Notes under the pieces: model-generated
Databases searched by the model: none
Told to the model about the DNA's origin: nothing
Seen by the model: the letters and a program-made list of their open reading frames with translations, nothing else
Position numbers and translations under genes: made by a program
Assembly (NCBI GenBank): GCA_902602515.1
Contig: CACKRG010000006.1
Span: forward strand, 4,867-68,866
From: an uncultured Alphaproteobacteria bacterium
GTDB taxonomy: Bacteria; Pseudomonadota; Alphaproteobacteria; HIMB59; GCA-002718135
Direction of reading: 5' to 3'
DNA: 64,000 nucleotides
In this document: positions 10,730-18,779 of the stretch, piece by piece
How the letters are laid out: the number at the start of each line of letters is the position of its first letter
Position numbering within the stretch: position 1 is the stretch's first letter

Positions 10730-11094
10730 TGAATAAAAATGTTTCTAGAGATGATATAGCAGATACCATTAATAAAGAGTTTGGGTTTTCTAGAAAGGAG
10801 TGTCTAGATATTGTCAATGATATCATAGAAATAATAATCGAAAGTTTAATTGATGAAAATAATAATATTTACTATGATGAAGACGATCCTAAAGGAAAAT
10901 ATAAAAAGGGTGATTTTAAATGTAGATTAGTAAAAATTCATAACTTTGGTACATTTACATTAAGAAAAAAAAACAGTAGAGTAGGGCGTAATCCTAAAAC
11001 TAGGGAAGAAGTATTAATTAATGACAGAAATGTTATTTCATTTAAAGCTAGTAAAAATATACTAAAATACATTAATCAAAATGAAACTGCTTAA
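10729..11094 (+). CDS. ihfA: Integration host factor alpha subunit with internal insertion
   Basis: VKIHNFGTF...RVGRNPKT...VISFKAS HU/IHF core; plsX-X-MerR position. Confidence 0.85.
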   Translation: MNKNVSRDDIADTINKEFGFSRKECLDIVNDIIEIIIESLIDENNNIYYDEDDPKGKYKKGDFKCRLVKIHNFGTFTLRKKNSRVGRNPKTREEVLINDRNVISFKASKNILKYINQNETA

Positions 11095-11110
11095 TATTTA
11101 ATAAAGAAAT

Positions 11111-11476
11111 ATGAAAAAATATCTTAATATAAGTGAAGCAGCAAAAATCACAGGTTTAAAAGAGCATGTAATTAGATATTGGGACTCTAAGGATAAGAAA
11201 ACAAATAAATTAAGAGTAGAGGGTATCTCCAGGAAAAGCTCCCGTGGTACAAGATATTTTAATAAAGAAAATATAAAAAAACTCCAAAAATTAAAAAATC
11301 TTATCTATGATAACGGTAATTATAACCCATCACTAAAATTAGCAAACCAACTACTTCAATCTAAAAAAATTAATAATAGCTTTGGTAATTATGATAAAAT
11401 TGAAACTAAATTTGAAAATGATCAAAAAAACGAAAAAATTGATCAGATTCTTAAAAAAATGAGAGAATTGTTGTAA
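11111..11476 (+). CDS. MerR-family HTH regulator (ihfA-associated type)
   Basis: ISEAAKITGLKEHVIRYWD...GTRYF HTH. Confidence 0.8.
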   Translation: MKKYLNISEAAKITGLKEHVIRYWDSKDKKTNKLRVEGISRKSSRGTRYFNKENIKKLQKLKNLIYDNGNYNPSLKLANQLLQSKKINNSFGNYDKIETKFENDQKNEKIDQILKKMRELL

Positions 11477-11606
11477 AAATAATAATAAAATATTTTATAA
11501 AAAAAAAAATGTATATTTTTCAATTATTTAAATAACAAAATTATACAAAAAATCATCTAAAAAAAATTATTTTAAGTATTTATCTTATCCGTCAATTAAA
11601 ATATAT

Positions 11607-11649
11607 GAAGCTCATCTTATTAGTAAGGAAACAAACTATAAGGAGTTTT
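11607..11649 (+). promoter_or_regulatory. Candidate SD-sequestering hairpin in proteorhodopsin 5' leader
   Basis: GAAGCTC-AT-CTTAT-T-AGT can pair with ACT-ATAAG-GAGTTTT, which contains SD AAGGAG; manual pairing only. Confidence 0.4.
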
Positions 11650-11650
11650 T

Positions 11651-12415
11651 ATGTTAAATAAGACTAGTCTATTAGGTATGATTGCTGCGACAATAGCTTT
11701 TATTGCTGTCCCAGCTTTTGCTGCCGACACTTTTTTAGGTGGTGAAGATTTTGTAGGTATCACTTTCTGGATTGTTTCAATCGGTATGTGGGCTTCAACT
11801 ATCTTCTTTTTCTATGAAGGTATGAGAGTATCTTCTAAATGGAGAACATCAATGGTAGTAGCAGGATTGATAACTTTTATTGCTGCTGTCCATTACATGT
11901 ACATGAGAGACTTTTGGGTTGCTACAGGTGAGTCACCAACGGTATATAGATATATCGATTGGGTACTAACTGTACCTCTTCAAATGGTTGAATTCTTTTT
12001 AATTCTTGTAGCTGCTGGTGCCGCTGTATCAGGTGGTGCTTTCTGGAGACTTCTAGTTGGTACACTTGTTATGGTTATCGGTGGATACCTAGGAGAAGCA
12101 GGTTATATCTCTGTTTTACTAGGTTTCATTATCGGTATGATAGGTTGGGCTGTTATTATCTGGGAAATTTTCCGAGGTGAAGCAAGTCAAGCTGCTGCAA
12201 CAAAAGAGTCAGTTGCTTCTGCGTTTAACGCTATGAGGCTTATTGTCTTGGTAGGATGGGCAATCTATCCTCTAGGTTATATTTTTGGTTTAATGATGGG
12301 TTCAGTTGATGCTGATACTCTGAACTGGATTTATAATTTAGCAGACTTTGTTAACAAAATCTTATTCGGTTTAATTATTTGGAACGCTGCTTCTAAAGAT
12401 ACAGCATCTGCATAA
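11651..12415 (+). CDS. Proteorhodopsin, DTE proton pump, blue-tuned (Gln105)
   Basis: Signal peptide, His75 (VHY), RYIDWVLTVPLQMVEF (D97/T101/Q105/E108), retinal lysine in DFVNK. Confidence 0.97.
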   Translation: MLNKTSLLGMIAATIAFIAVPAFAADTFLGGEDFVGITFWIVSIGMWASTIFFFYEGMRVSSKWRTSMVVAGLITFIAAVHYMYMRDFWVATGESPTVYRYIDWVLTVPLQMVEFFLILVAAGAAVSGGAFWRLLVGTLVMVIGGYLGEAGYISVLLGFIIGMIGWAVIIWEIFRGEASQAAATKESVASAFNAMRLIVLVGWAIYPLGYIFGLMMGSVDADTLNWIYNLADFVNKILFGLIIWNAASKDTASA

Positions 12416-12431
12416 TTTAACCTTATTATTT

Positions 12432-12462
12432 AAAAAAAACCCTCTTTAAGAGGGTTTTTTTT
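12432..12462. terminator. Intrinsic terminator (potentially bidirectional) after proteorhodopsin
   Basis: A8-CCCTC-TTTAA-GAGGG-T8. Confidence 0.9.
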
Positions 12463-12508
12463 ATTAAAACATTGACTTAATTTTTTATAGTATGTATTTG
12501 GCATCGCG

Positions 12509-12967
12509 ATGAAAACTTATTCTGTAAAAAAGAGTGACATTAACAAAAAATGGATACTAATAGATGCTAAAGATGCTGTCCTAGGTAGATTAGCAGTAAT
12601 ATCTGCAAACATCCTTAGAGGTAAAAATAAGCCAGAATATACACCAAATCAAGATTGTGGAGATAATCTTATAATTATTAATTCTGATCAAGTTCAATTA
12701 AAAGGAAAAAAAGCTGACAATAAGATCTACTACAGACATACAGGATATCCGGGAGGCATTAAATCAACAACTCCTAATAAAATGAAAGAGAAAAATAAAT
12801 CTGATGAAATCATCAAACTTGCTATTAAAAGAATGATACCATCAGGACCTTTAGGAAAACAACAATTGTCTAATTGTAAAATATATAGAGACTCCAAACA
12901 TAACCATGAGGCTCAAAAACCTAGCGAAATAAAAATTGGTGATTTAAATAGAAAAAATAAAATTTAA
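12509..12967 (+). CDS. rplM: 50S ribosomal protein L13
   Basis: [31 protein letters not shown]. Confidence 0.97.
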   Translation: MKTYSVKKSDINKKWILIDAKDAVLGRLAVISANILRGKNKPEYTPNQDCGDNLIIINSDQVQLKGKKADNKIYYRHTGYPGGIKSTTPNKMKEKNKSDEIIKLAIKRMIPSGPLGKQQLSNCKIYRDSKHNHEAQKPSEIKIGDLNRKNKI

Positions 12968-12968
12968 A

Positions 12969-13397
12969 ATGGAAACTGAAGATATTAAAACAACTGATAA
13001 ACTTGATAATAAAGACCGAGCTTACGCTACTGGTAAAAGAAAAAATTCTATTGCTAGGGTATGGTTAAAAAGAGGTAATGGAGAAATAACTATTAATGGT
13101 AAATCTTTAGTTAAATATTTCTCTAGACCAGTTTTGCAAATGGTCGTAAATCAACCACTAAGTGTTATTCAATCTGAAGAAGGATATGAAATAAAAGCTA
13201 CAGTTAAAGGTGGCGGCTTATCTGGTCAAGCAGGAGCAATAAGACATGGTATAAGTAAGGCCTTAAGTCTTTATGATCTATCAAATAGACCTCCTCTAAA
13301 AAAAGTAGGACTTTTAACCAGAGATCCAAGAGTAGTTGAAAGAAAAAAATCTGGCTTGGCAAAAGCGAGAAGAAGTTATCAATTCTCTAAGAGATAA
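12969..13397 (+). CDS. rpsI: 30S ribosomal protein S9
   Basis: [26 protein letters not shown]-terminus. Confidence 0.97.
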   Translation: METEDIKTTDKLDNKDRAYATGKRKNSIARVWLKRGNGEITINGKSLVKYFSRPVLQMVVNQPLSVIQSEEGYEIKATVKGGGLSGQAGAIRHGISKALSLYDLSNRPPLKKVGLLTRDPRVVERKKSGLAKARRSYQFSKR

Positions 13398-13403
13398 GTT
13401 TTA

Positions 13404-14432
13404 ATGAAAAATAAGATTAAAGTAGCCGTTTTAGGCTCAACAGGCTATGTTGGAATGGAGTTAGTAAAAATTCTATCAAATCATTCCTACGTAGATATAA
13501 ATTTTTTAGGATCGGAAACTATTCAAGGTAGTTATTTAAGTAATATTGATAATACAAAAGAATATAATCAACTTCCTCTTTTAAAACCAAATAATAGTTT
13601 TAATGTTGAAGATAGTGATTACGTATTCTTAGCTTTACCTCATGCAGTATCAAATAAATATGTAAAAAAATATTTTAATAAAATTAATATTATAGATTTA
13701 TCAGCTGACTTTAGATTAGATAAATTTGATGTTTATAAAGAAAATTATGGCAATGAACACGAGTGCAAAGAGCATTTAAACAACTTTATTTATGGTCTTG
13801 CTGAAATAAATAGAGATAAAATATTAAATTCTAAAAATATAGCTGTGCCAGGATGTTATCCAACTTCTATTTTATTACCATTAATACCCTTAATACAAAA
13901 TAAATTCATCGATACCAAGAATATAATTATAGATTCTAAATCAGGTTATAGCGGAGCAGGAAAGAAGTTTAATTTCAATAAAATGAAATCAAAAAATGAT
14001 TATAATTTTTATAATTATAATACAAATAATCACAGACATATTGCAGAAATTAAACAAGAACTTAATAAGTATAATTCGGAAAATCTAGTAAAGTTTTCAT
14101 TTAACCCTCACATTCTTCCTAATTTTAGAGGTATGATTTCTACAATTTATTGCGATCTTAATGATAGTATAAAAAAAACACATATCATAAATCTATTTCA
14201 AGATTTACAAAAAATAAACCCTTTCTTAAAATATATCGATAATGATGAACCTCTTGATTTTTTTTCTGTTCAAAATTCTAACTTTTGTAAACTTAAAATA
14301 TTTAATCATCATAGTGAAGATAAAATTATTATAGTAAGCGCAATAGATAACTTAATCAAAGGTGCTGCAGGCCAAGCAGTACAATGTTTTAATATTGCCG
14401 AAAATATTGAAGAAACAGTATCTTTAGTATGA
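13404..14432 (+). CDS. argC: N-acetyl-gamma-glutamyl-phosphate reductase
   Basis: GSTGYVG, DLSADFR, PGCYPT, DNLIKGAAGQAVQ. Confidence 0.96.
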   Translation: MKNKIKVAVLGSTGYVGMELVKILSNHSYVDINFLGSETIQGSYLSNIDNTKEYNQLPLLKPNNSFNVEDSDYVFLALPHAVSNKYVKKYFNKINIIDLSADFRLDKFDVYKENYGNEHECKEHLNNFIYGLAEINRDKILNSKNIAVPGCYPTSILLPLIPLIQNKFIDTKNIIIDSKSGYSGAGKKFNFNKMKSKNDYNFYNYNTNNHRHIAEIKQELNKYNSENLVKFSFNPHILPNFRGMISTIYCDLNDSIKKTHIINLFQDLQKINPFLKYIDNDEPLDFFSVQNSNFCKLKIFNHHSEDKIIIVSAIDNLIKGAAGQAVQCFNIAENIEETVSLV

Positions 14433-14614
14433 GTAAATATTTAACAATTTTTTTTTTATTTTTTTCTATCCTTTCTTGTGGATATCCTGATATTGATAAT
14501 GTTCCTGATTTTAAAGATACTAAATTAAATGATGAAGAATTATTAGAATATTGTAGTATTTCTAATACTGAAAAAATTGATATAGATAAATGTATTAATG
14601 ATTATAAAAGTTAA
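14429..14614 (+). CDS. Small hypothetical lipoprotein
   Basis: Hydrophobic signal with ILS-C lipobox; ATGA overlap with argC; fills the gap to hom. Confidence 0.65.
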   Translation: MSKYLTIFFLFFSILSCGYPDIDNVPDFKDTKLNDEELLEYCSISNTEKIDIDKCINDYKS

Positions 14615-14622
14615 ATATTGTT

Positions 14623-15921
14623 ATGAATAAGCTTAATATTTGCATAGCGGGATTAGGAAATGTTGGATCAGCATTGATTGAAACAATTGAAGAAAATAAA
14701 AATTATTTCTCAGCTAAAACAGATGTAGAATTTAACATCGTTGGAATATCTGCCAAAACAAAAAATAAAAAAAGAAATTTTAATATTTCAAATTATACCT
14801 GGTATGACGATCCAAGGGACATGTCTAAGGACGATAATTGTAACATAGTTATTGAATTAATTGGTGAAGAAAAAGGGATTAGCTATGAAATAATTGAAAC
14901 AGCATTAAAAAATAAAAAACATGTTGTAACAGGAAATAAAGCTTTAATAGCTAATCATGGAAAAGAATTATTTGAATTAGCCAATATTAATTCACTAGCC
15001 TTATCGTATGAAGCTGCTGTCGCAGGTGGAATTCCAATTATAAAAACAATAAAAAATTCTATTAGTTTAGATAGAATTAATAAAATTTCTGGCATTTTAA
15101 ATGGAACAACAAATTACATTTTAACCAAAATGCAGCAAGATAATTTGTCCTTTGATGAAGTTCTTAAAATTGCTAAAGATAAGGGTTTTACTTCTGATCA
15201 GGAATCAAAATTAGATATTGGCGGATATGATGCAGCGCACAAGTTAACAATATTATCAACTTTATGTTTTAAATCAAAATTAGACTTTAATAATAATTAT
15301 ATTGAAGGAATCTCAAATATTAAAATTGAAGATATTAATTTTGCTGAAAAATTAGGATATAAGATAAAATTAATATCTGAAGCTTGCATAATTGAAGGGA
15401 AGATTTCAAACTTTACTTCACCAAAATTGGTTTCAATGGATAATCCTTTAGCAAGTGTTGATAATGCTCTTAATGCGATTAATATTGAAACTATGCATCT
15501 AGAAAATTTATTTTTAGAGGGTGAAGGAGCAGGGGGAAAACCAACTGCCAGCTCTGTCTTATCTGATTTATATGATATATCTCAGAATGAAAAATTTGAT
15601 AATTTAGGTTTTAAAATTGATAAGTTACAAAGCTTTGAAAAATATTCAGCAGAAAATGTAATTAATAGCTATTACCTAAGAATAATGACTGAAGACAAAC
15701 CTGGTGTTCTCTCATCAATTACAAATTACTTCAGTGATTCTGATATATCAGTTAAAAAAATACTTCAACTTCCTGATAGTTCTGAAGTAGATAAACCAAT
15801 ACCGATAATAATAACTACTCATAATGTTCAGCAAGAAAAATTAAGTAATGTAATTAATAGAATTGAAAGCTTAGAATTTGTAAAAGAAACAATTACTGTT
15901 CTTGCTATTCATGATAATTAA
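14623..15921 (+). CDS. hom: Homoserine dehydrogenase with ACT domain
   Basis: GLGNVG, EAAVAGGIP, GILNGTTNYIL, GEGAGG, DKPGVL. Confidence 0.95.
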   Translation: MNKLNICIAGLGNVGSALIETIEENKNYFSAKTDVEFNIVGISAKTKNKKRNFNISNYTWYDDPRDMSKDDNCNIVIELIGEEKGISYEIIETALKNKKHVVTGNKALIANHGKELFELANINSLALSYEAAVAGGIPIIKTIKNSISLDRINKISGILNGTTNYILTKMQQDNLSFDEVLKIAKDKGFTSDQESKLDIGGYDAAHKLTILSTLCFKSKLDFNNNYIEGISNIKIEDINFAEKLGYKIKLISEACIIEGKISNFTSPKLVSMDNPLASVDNALNAINIETMHLENLFLEGEGAGGKPTASSVLSDLYDISQNEKFDNLGFKIDKLQSFEKYSAENVINSYYLRIMTEDKPGVLSSITNYFSDSDISVKKILQLPDSSEVDKPIPIIITTHNVQQEKLSNVINRIESLEFVKETITVLAIHDN

Positions 15922-15926
15922 TTAAT

Positions 15927-17672
15927 GTGAATATTGAAAAATCACTATCTGATAAATTTTGGGAAGAAAAGCAAATAGACTTTAATCATATTCAAGCTCT
16001 TTCACAAAAAAAATCAATTTCTGAAATTTTTTCAAAACTTCTAATTTCAAGAGGTGTCTTCGAAGAAAATTATGATAATTTTATAAATCCTAATCTTTTA
16101 AATAATCTTCCTGACCCTTTTGAGCTTAAAGATATGAAAAAAGGAATTGAAAGGTGTATTGAGGCTTTAAAAAAGAATGAAAAGATTGGAATAATCGCTG
16201 ATTATGATGTTGATGGATCTACTTCTGCTTCAATTTTATATAAATTTTTAAATAATTTTACCAATAATCTTGTTTGTAAAATACCTAATAGATTATCGGA
16301 GGGATATGGTCCGAATGTTAGGCTTATGAATGAAATGCTTAATGAAAATATTAAACTCTTGTTTACACTCGATTGCGGTACATCAGCATTTAACTCGATT
16401 GATTTGCCTAATTATAATGGTATTGAAGTTATAGTTATAGATCATCATTTAAGTGAATTTAAACTTCCAAAAGTCCACTCCATAATTAACCCAAATCGAT
16501 TTGATGAAAAAAACAATTATAAAGATTTTGCAGCAGTAGCAGTAACTTTTCTTTTTTTAATGGGCTTAAGAAAACAGTTGAGAGAATTAAAATTATTTCC
16601 AAATATAAAAGAACCAAATTTGATGTCATATTTAGACTTAGTTGCTGTTGGAACTATTTGTGATGTTGTTAATATAAATAATTATAATAGATCAATAGTT
16701 AGTAAGGGTTTGGAGCTTATTAAAAGCCGAAAAAATAAATCAATAACAAAAATATTAGATAATTCTAATATAAATCATGAACCTACATCTATGGATATTG
16801 GTTTCATCTTAGGCCCACAAATTAATGCTGCGAGTAGAATTGATGATTCATCTTTATCTTCTAAGCTTCTTATCTCAAATGATGACTCTGAAATAGAAAC
16901 TATTTCTAGAAAATTATTTTTAATTAATGAAAAAAGAAAATTAATAGAACAAAATATATTTAATGAAGCTATTGAGCAAATAAAAGATCAAGAAAATAAA
17001 AAATTTATTATTGTTTATAAAGAGAATTGGCATCAAGGAGTTTTGGGTATAGTTGCAAGTAAAATAGTAGCTCTATACAATAAACCTACATTTGTTTTTT
17101 CTTTTATTAATAATGTTGGTGTAGGTTCTGGCAGGTCTATAGATCAGATTGATGTTGGAAGTATAGTGATGGATTTAAAAGCTAACGATTTAATAGAAAA
17201 GGGCGGTGGTCATAGAATGGCAATAGGCCTCAAAATTCATAAAAATAAATTAGAAGAAATAAATGAATTTTTAACTATGAAATTTAATTTATTTGATAGT
17301 AAACTTTTTGAAAAGAAAATATTTTATGACAGTGAAATATCTGTAAATCAAATAAACAAAGATTTTTTAGATAATTTAGAATTATTGGAACCTCACGGCA
17401 AAGGAAATGAGGAACCTCAATTTTTAATCAAAGATATAGTAATTGATCATGTGAAAAATTTAAAAAATAAACATATTTTAATTTTTTTTAAAAATGATTT
17501 AGGTGAAAATTTAAAAGGAATATCATTTAATAGTATAAGTACCAAGATTGGTCATTATCTTATGAAATTTAATAAATTCAAATTTCATATTTTATGCTCA
17601 ATTAAAAAAGATAACTTCTCAAGTACTAACATACCCCAGATAGTGATCCATGATGTAAAAGTAATCAATTAA
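15927..17672 (+). CDS. recJ: ssDNA exonuclease RecJ
   Basis: DYDVDG, DCG, DHH, GSGRS and GGGH DHH/DHHA1 motifs. Confidence 0.95.
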   Translation: MNIEKSLSDKFWEEKQIDFNHIQALSQKKSISEIFSKLLISRGVFEENYDNFINPNLLNNLPDPFELKDMKKGIERCIEALKKNEKIGIIADYDVDGSTSASILYKFLNNFTNNLVCKIPNRLSEGYGPNVRLMNEMLNENIKLLFTLDCGTSAFNSIDLPNYNGIEVIVIDHHLSEFKLPKVHSIINPNRFDEKNNYKDFAAVAVTFLFLMGLRKQLRELKLFPNIKEPNLMSYLDLVAVGTICDVVNINNYNRSIVSKGLELIKSRKNKSITKILDNSNINHEPTSMDIGFILGPQINAASRIDDSSLSSKLLISNDDSEIETISRKLFLINEKRKLIEQNIFNEAIEQIKDQENKKFIIVYKENWHQGVLGIVASKIVALYNKPTFVFSFINNVGVGSGRSIDQIDVGSIVMDLKANDLIEKGGGHRMAIGLKIHKNKLEEINEFLTMKFNLFDSKLFEKKIFYDSEISVNQINKDFLDNLELLEPHGKGNEEPQFLIKDIVIDHVKNLKNKHILIFFKNDLGENLKGISFNSISTKIGHYLMKFNKFKFHILCSIKKDNFSSTNIPQIVIHDVKVIN

Positions 17673-17677
17673 ATAAT

Positions 17678-17706
17678 TTGAAAAAAACCCAAATATCTAC
17701 TATATA
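17678..17706 (+). promoter_or_regulatory. Sigma70-like promoter of tRNA-Glu
   Basis: TTGAAA-17 bp-TATATA, 10 nt before the tRNA. Confidence 0.6.
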
Positions 17707-17716
17707 TCAATCACAC

Positions 17717-17791
17717 GACCCCTTCGTCTATCGGTTAGGACATCAGGTTTTCATCCTGAAAAGAGGAGTTCGATTCTCCTAGGGGTCGCCA
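17717..17791 (+). tRNA. tRNA-Glu(TTC)
   Basis: Acceptor GACCCCT/AGGGGTC, anticodon arm TCAGG-TTTTCAT-CCTGA, GTTCGA T-loop, encoded CCA. Confidence 0.97.
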
Positions 17792-18778
17792 TTAAGGATT
17801 AAGTATTATAGATCCTGTCGACATCCTAGACTCTATAAGTTTATGTGCTTCCGATGCCTCTGAAAGTTTGAACGATTTAAATATATTAGGTTTAATTTCT
17901 TTATTTTTAATTTTATCAAATAATTTTTTACTAGACGCATCTAATTCTTTCCTATCCTTTATATAATGCATTAAAGTGGGACGAGTATAATATAAGCTTT
18001 TTGGGTTAAATGTACTATGTAAATTTACATCTCTTACCATTCCAGAAGATTGGCCAAATGAAACCATTAAACCTCTAAAATTTAAACATTTTAGAGATGT
18101 TTCAAAGGTATCTTTCCCTACAGCATCATAAACCACACTAACAAGCTCTTTATCAGTAATATCAAGAACATTTTCATATACATCATCTTTTTTATAGTTA
18201 ATTGTATACTCACAACCGTGACTTTTGGCTAATTCAGATTTTTCTTCTGTACTTACAGTACCTATCATTTTTGCATTCAACGACTTTGCCCATTGACAAG
18301 CTATTAGTCCAACACCACCAGCTGCAGCATGAAACAAAAATTTTTCATCTTTTTTTATTTTATACAGTCTTTCAAATAAGTATTCTACTGTCATACCTTG
18401 TAATAAAATTGAAGCTGCTTCATCATTAGAAATATGTTCAGGTATTTTAACTATTCTGTCTGCTTCAAAATCTCTTATTTCACAATACGCACCTAAGGGA
18501 GGACTAAAAGAATAGGCAACTCTATCTCCAACTTTAAATTGTTTAACATCATCTCCTACTTCAATAATATCTCCAGCTGCTTCTAGACCTGGACAAAATG
18601 GAAATTCTAATGGCAATGGATAAATTCCTGTTCGATGATATGTATCAATAAAATTTATTCCAATAGATGTCTGTTTAATGCGAACCATTGATTTTGGTAA
18701 TTTAACAGGAAGTTTGTATTCTTCATATTTTAAAACTTCTGGCCCACCGATTTTGGTAATTACTATTCTTTTTGGCAT
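17792..18778 (-). CDS. qor: NADPH:quinone oxidoreductase (zeta-crystallin family)
   Basis: GINFIDTYHRTGIY, HAAAGGVGL, FGQSSG, STGSIIL. Confidence 0.9.
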   Translation of the reverse strand: MPKRIVITKIGGPEVLKYEEYKLPVKLPKSMVRIKQTSIGINFIDTYHRTGIYPLPLEFPFCPGLEAAGDIIEVGDDVKQFKVGDRVAYSFSPPLGAYCEIRDFEADRIVKIPEHISNDEAASILLQGMTVEYLFERLYKIKKDEKFLFHAAAGGVGLIACQWAKSLNAKMIGTVSTEEKSELAKSHGCEYTINYKKDDVYENVLDITDKELVSVVYDAVGKDTFETSLKCLNFRGLMVSFGQSSGMVRDVNLHSTFNPKSLYYTRPTLMHYIKDRKELDASSKKLFDKIKNKEIKPNIFKSFKLSEASEAHKLIESRMSTGSIILNP

Positions 18779-18779
18779 A

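Noticed and set aside
11111-11476. MerR next to proteorhodopsin as a CarH/LitR light sensor
   Set aside because: Only 121 aa with no B12-binding domain; it is the MerR routinely found after ihfA.
11605-11661. 18-aa uORF overlapping the proteorhodopsin start
   Set aside because: No SD, and its ATG probably lies upstream of the likely TSS; chance ORF.
12100-12150. Carotenoid-antenna fenestration in the rhodopsin
   Set aside because: By manual alignment the xanthorhodopsin Gly156-equivalent position is Phe (LLGFIIG), i.e. closed.
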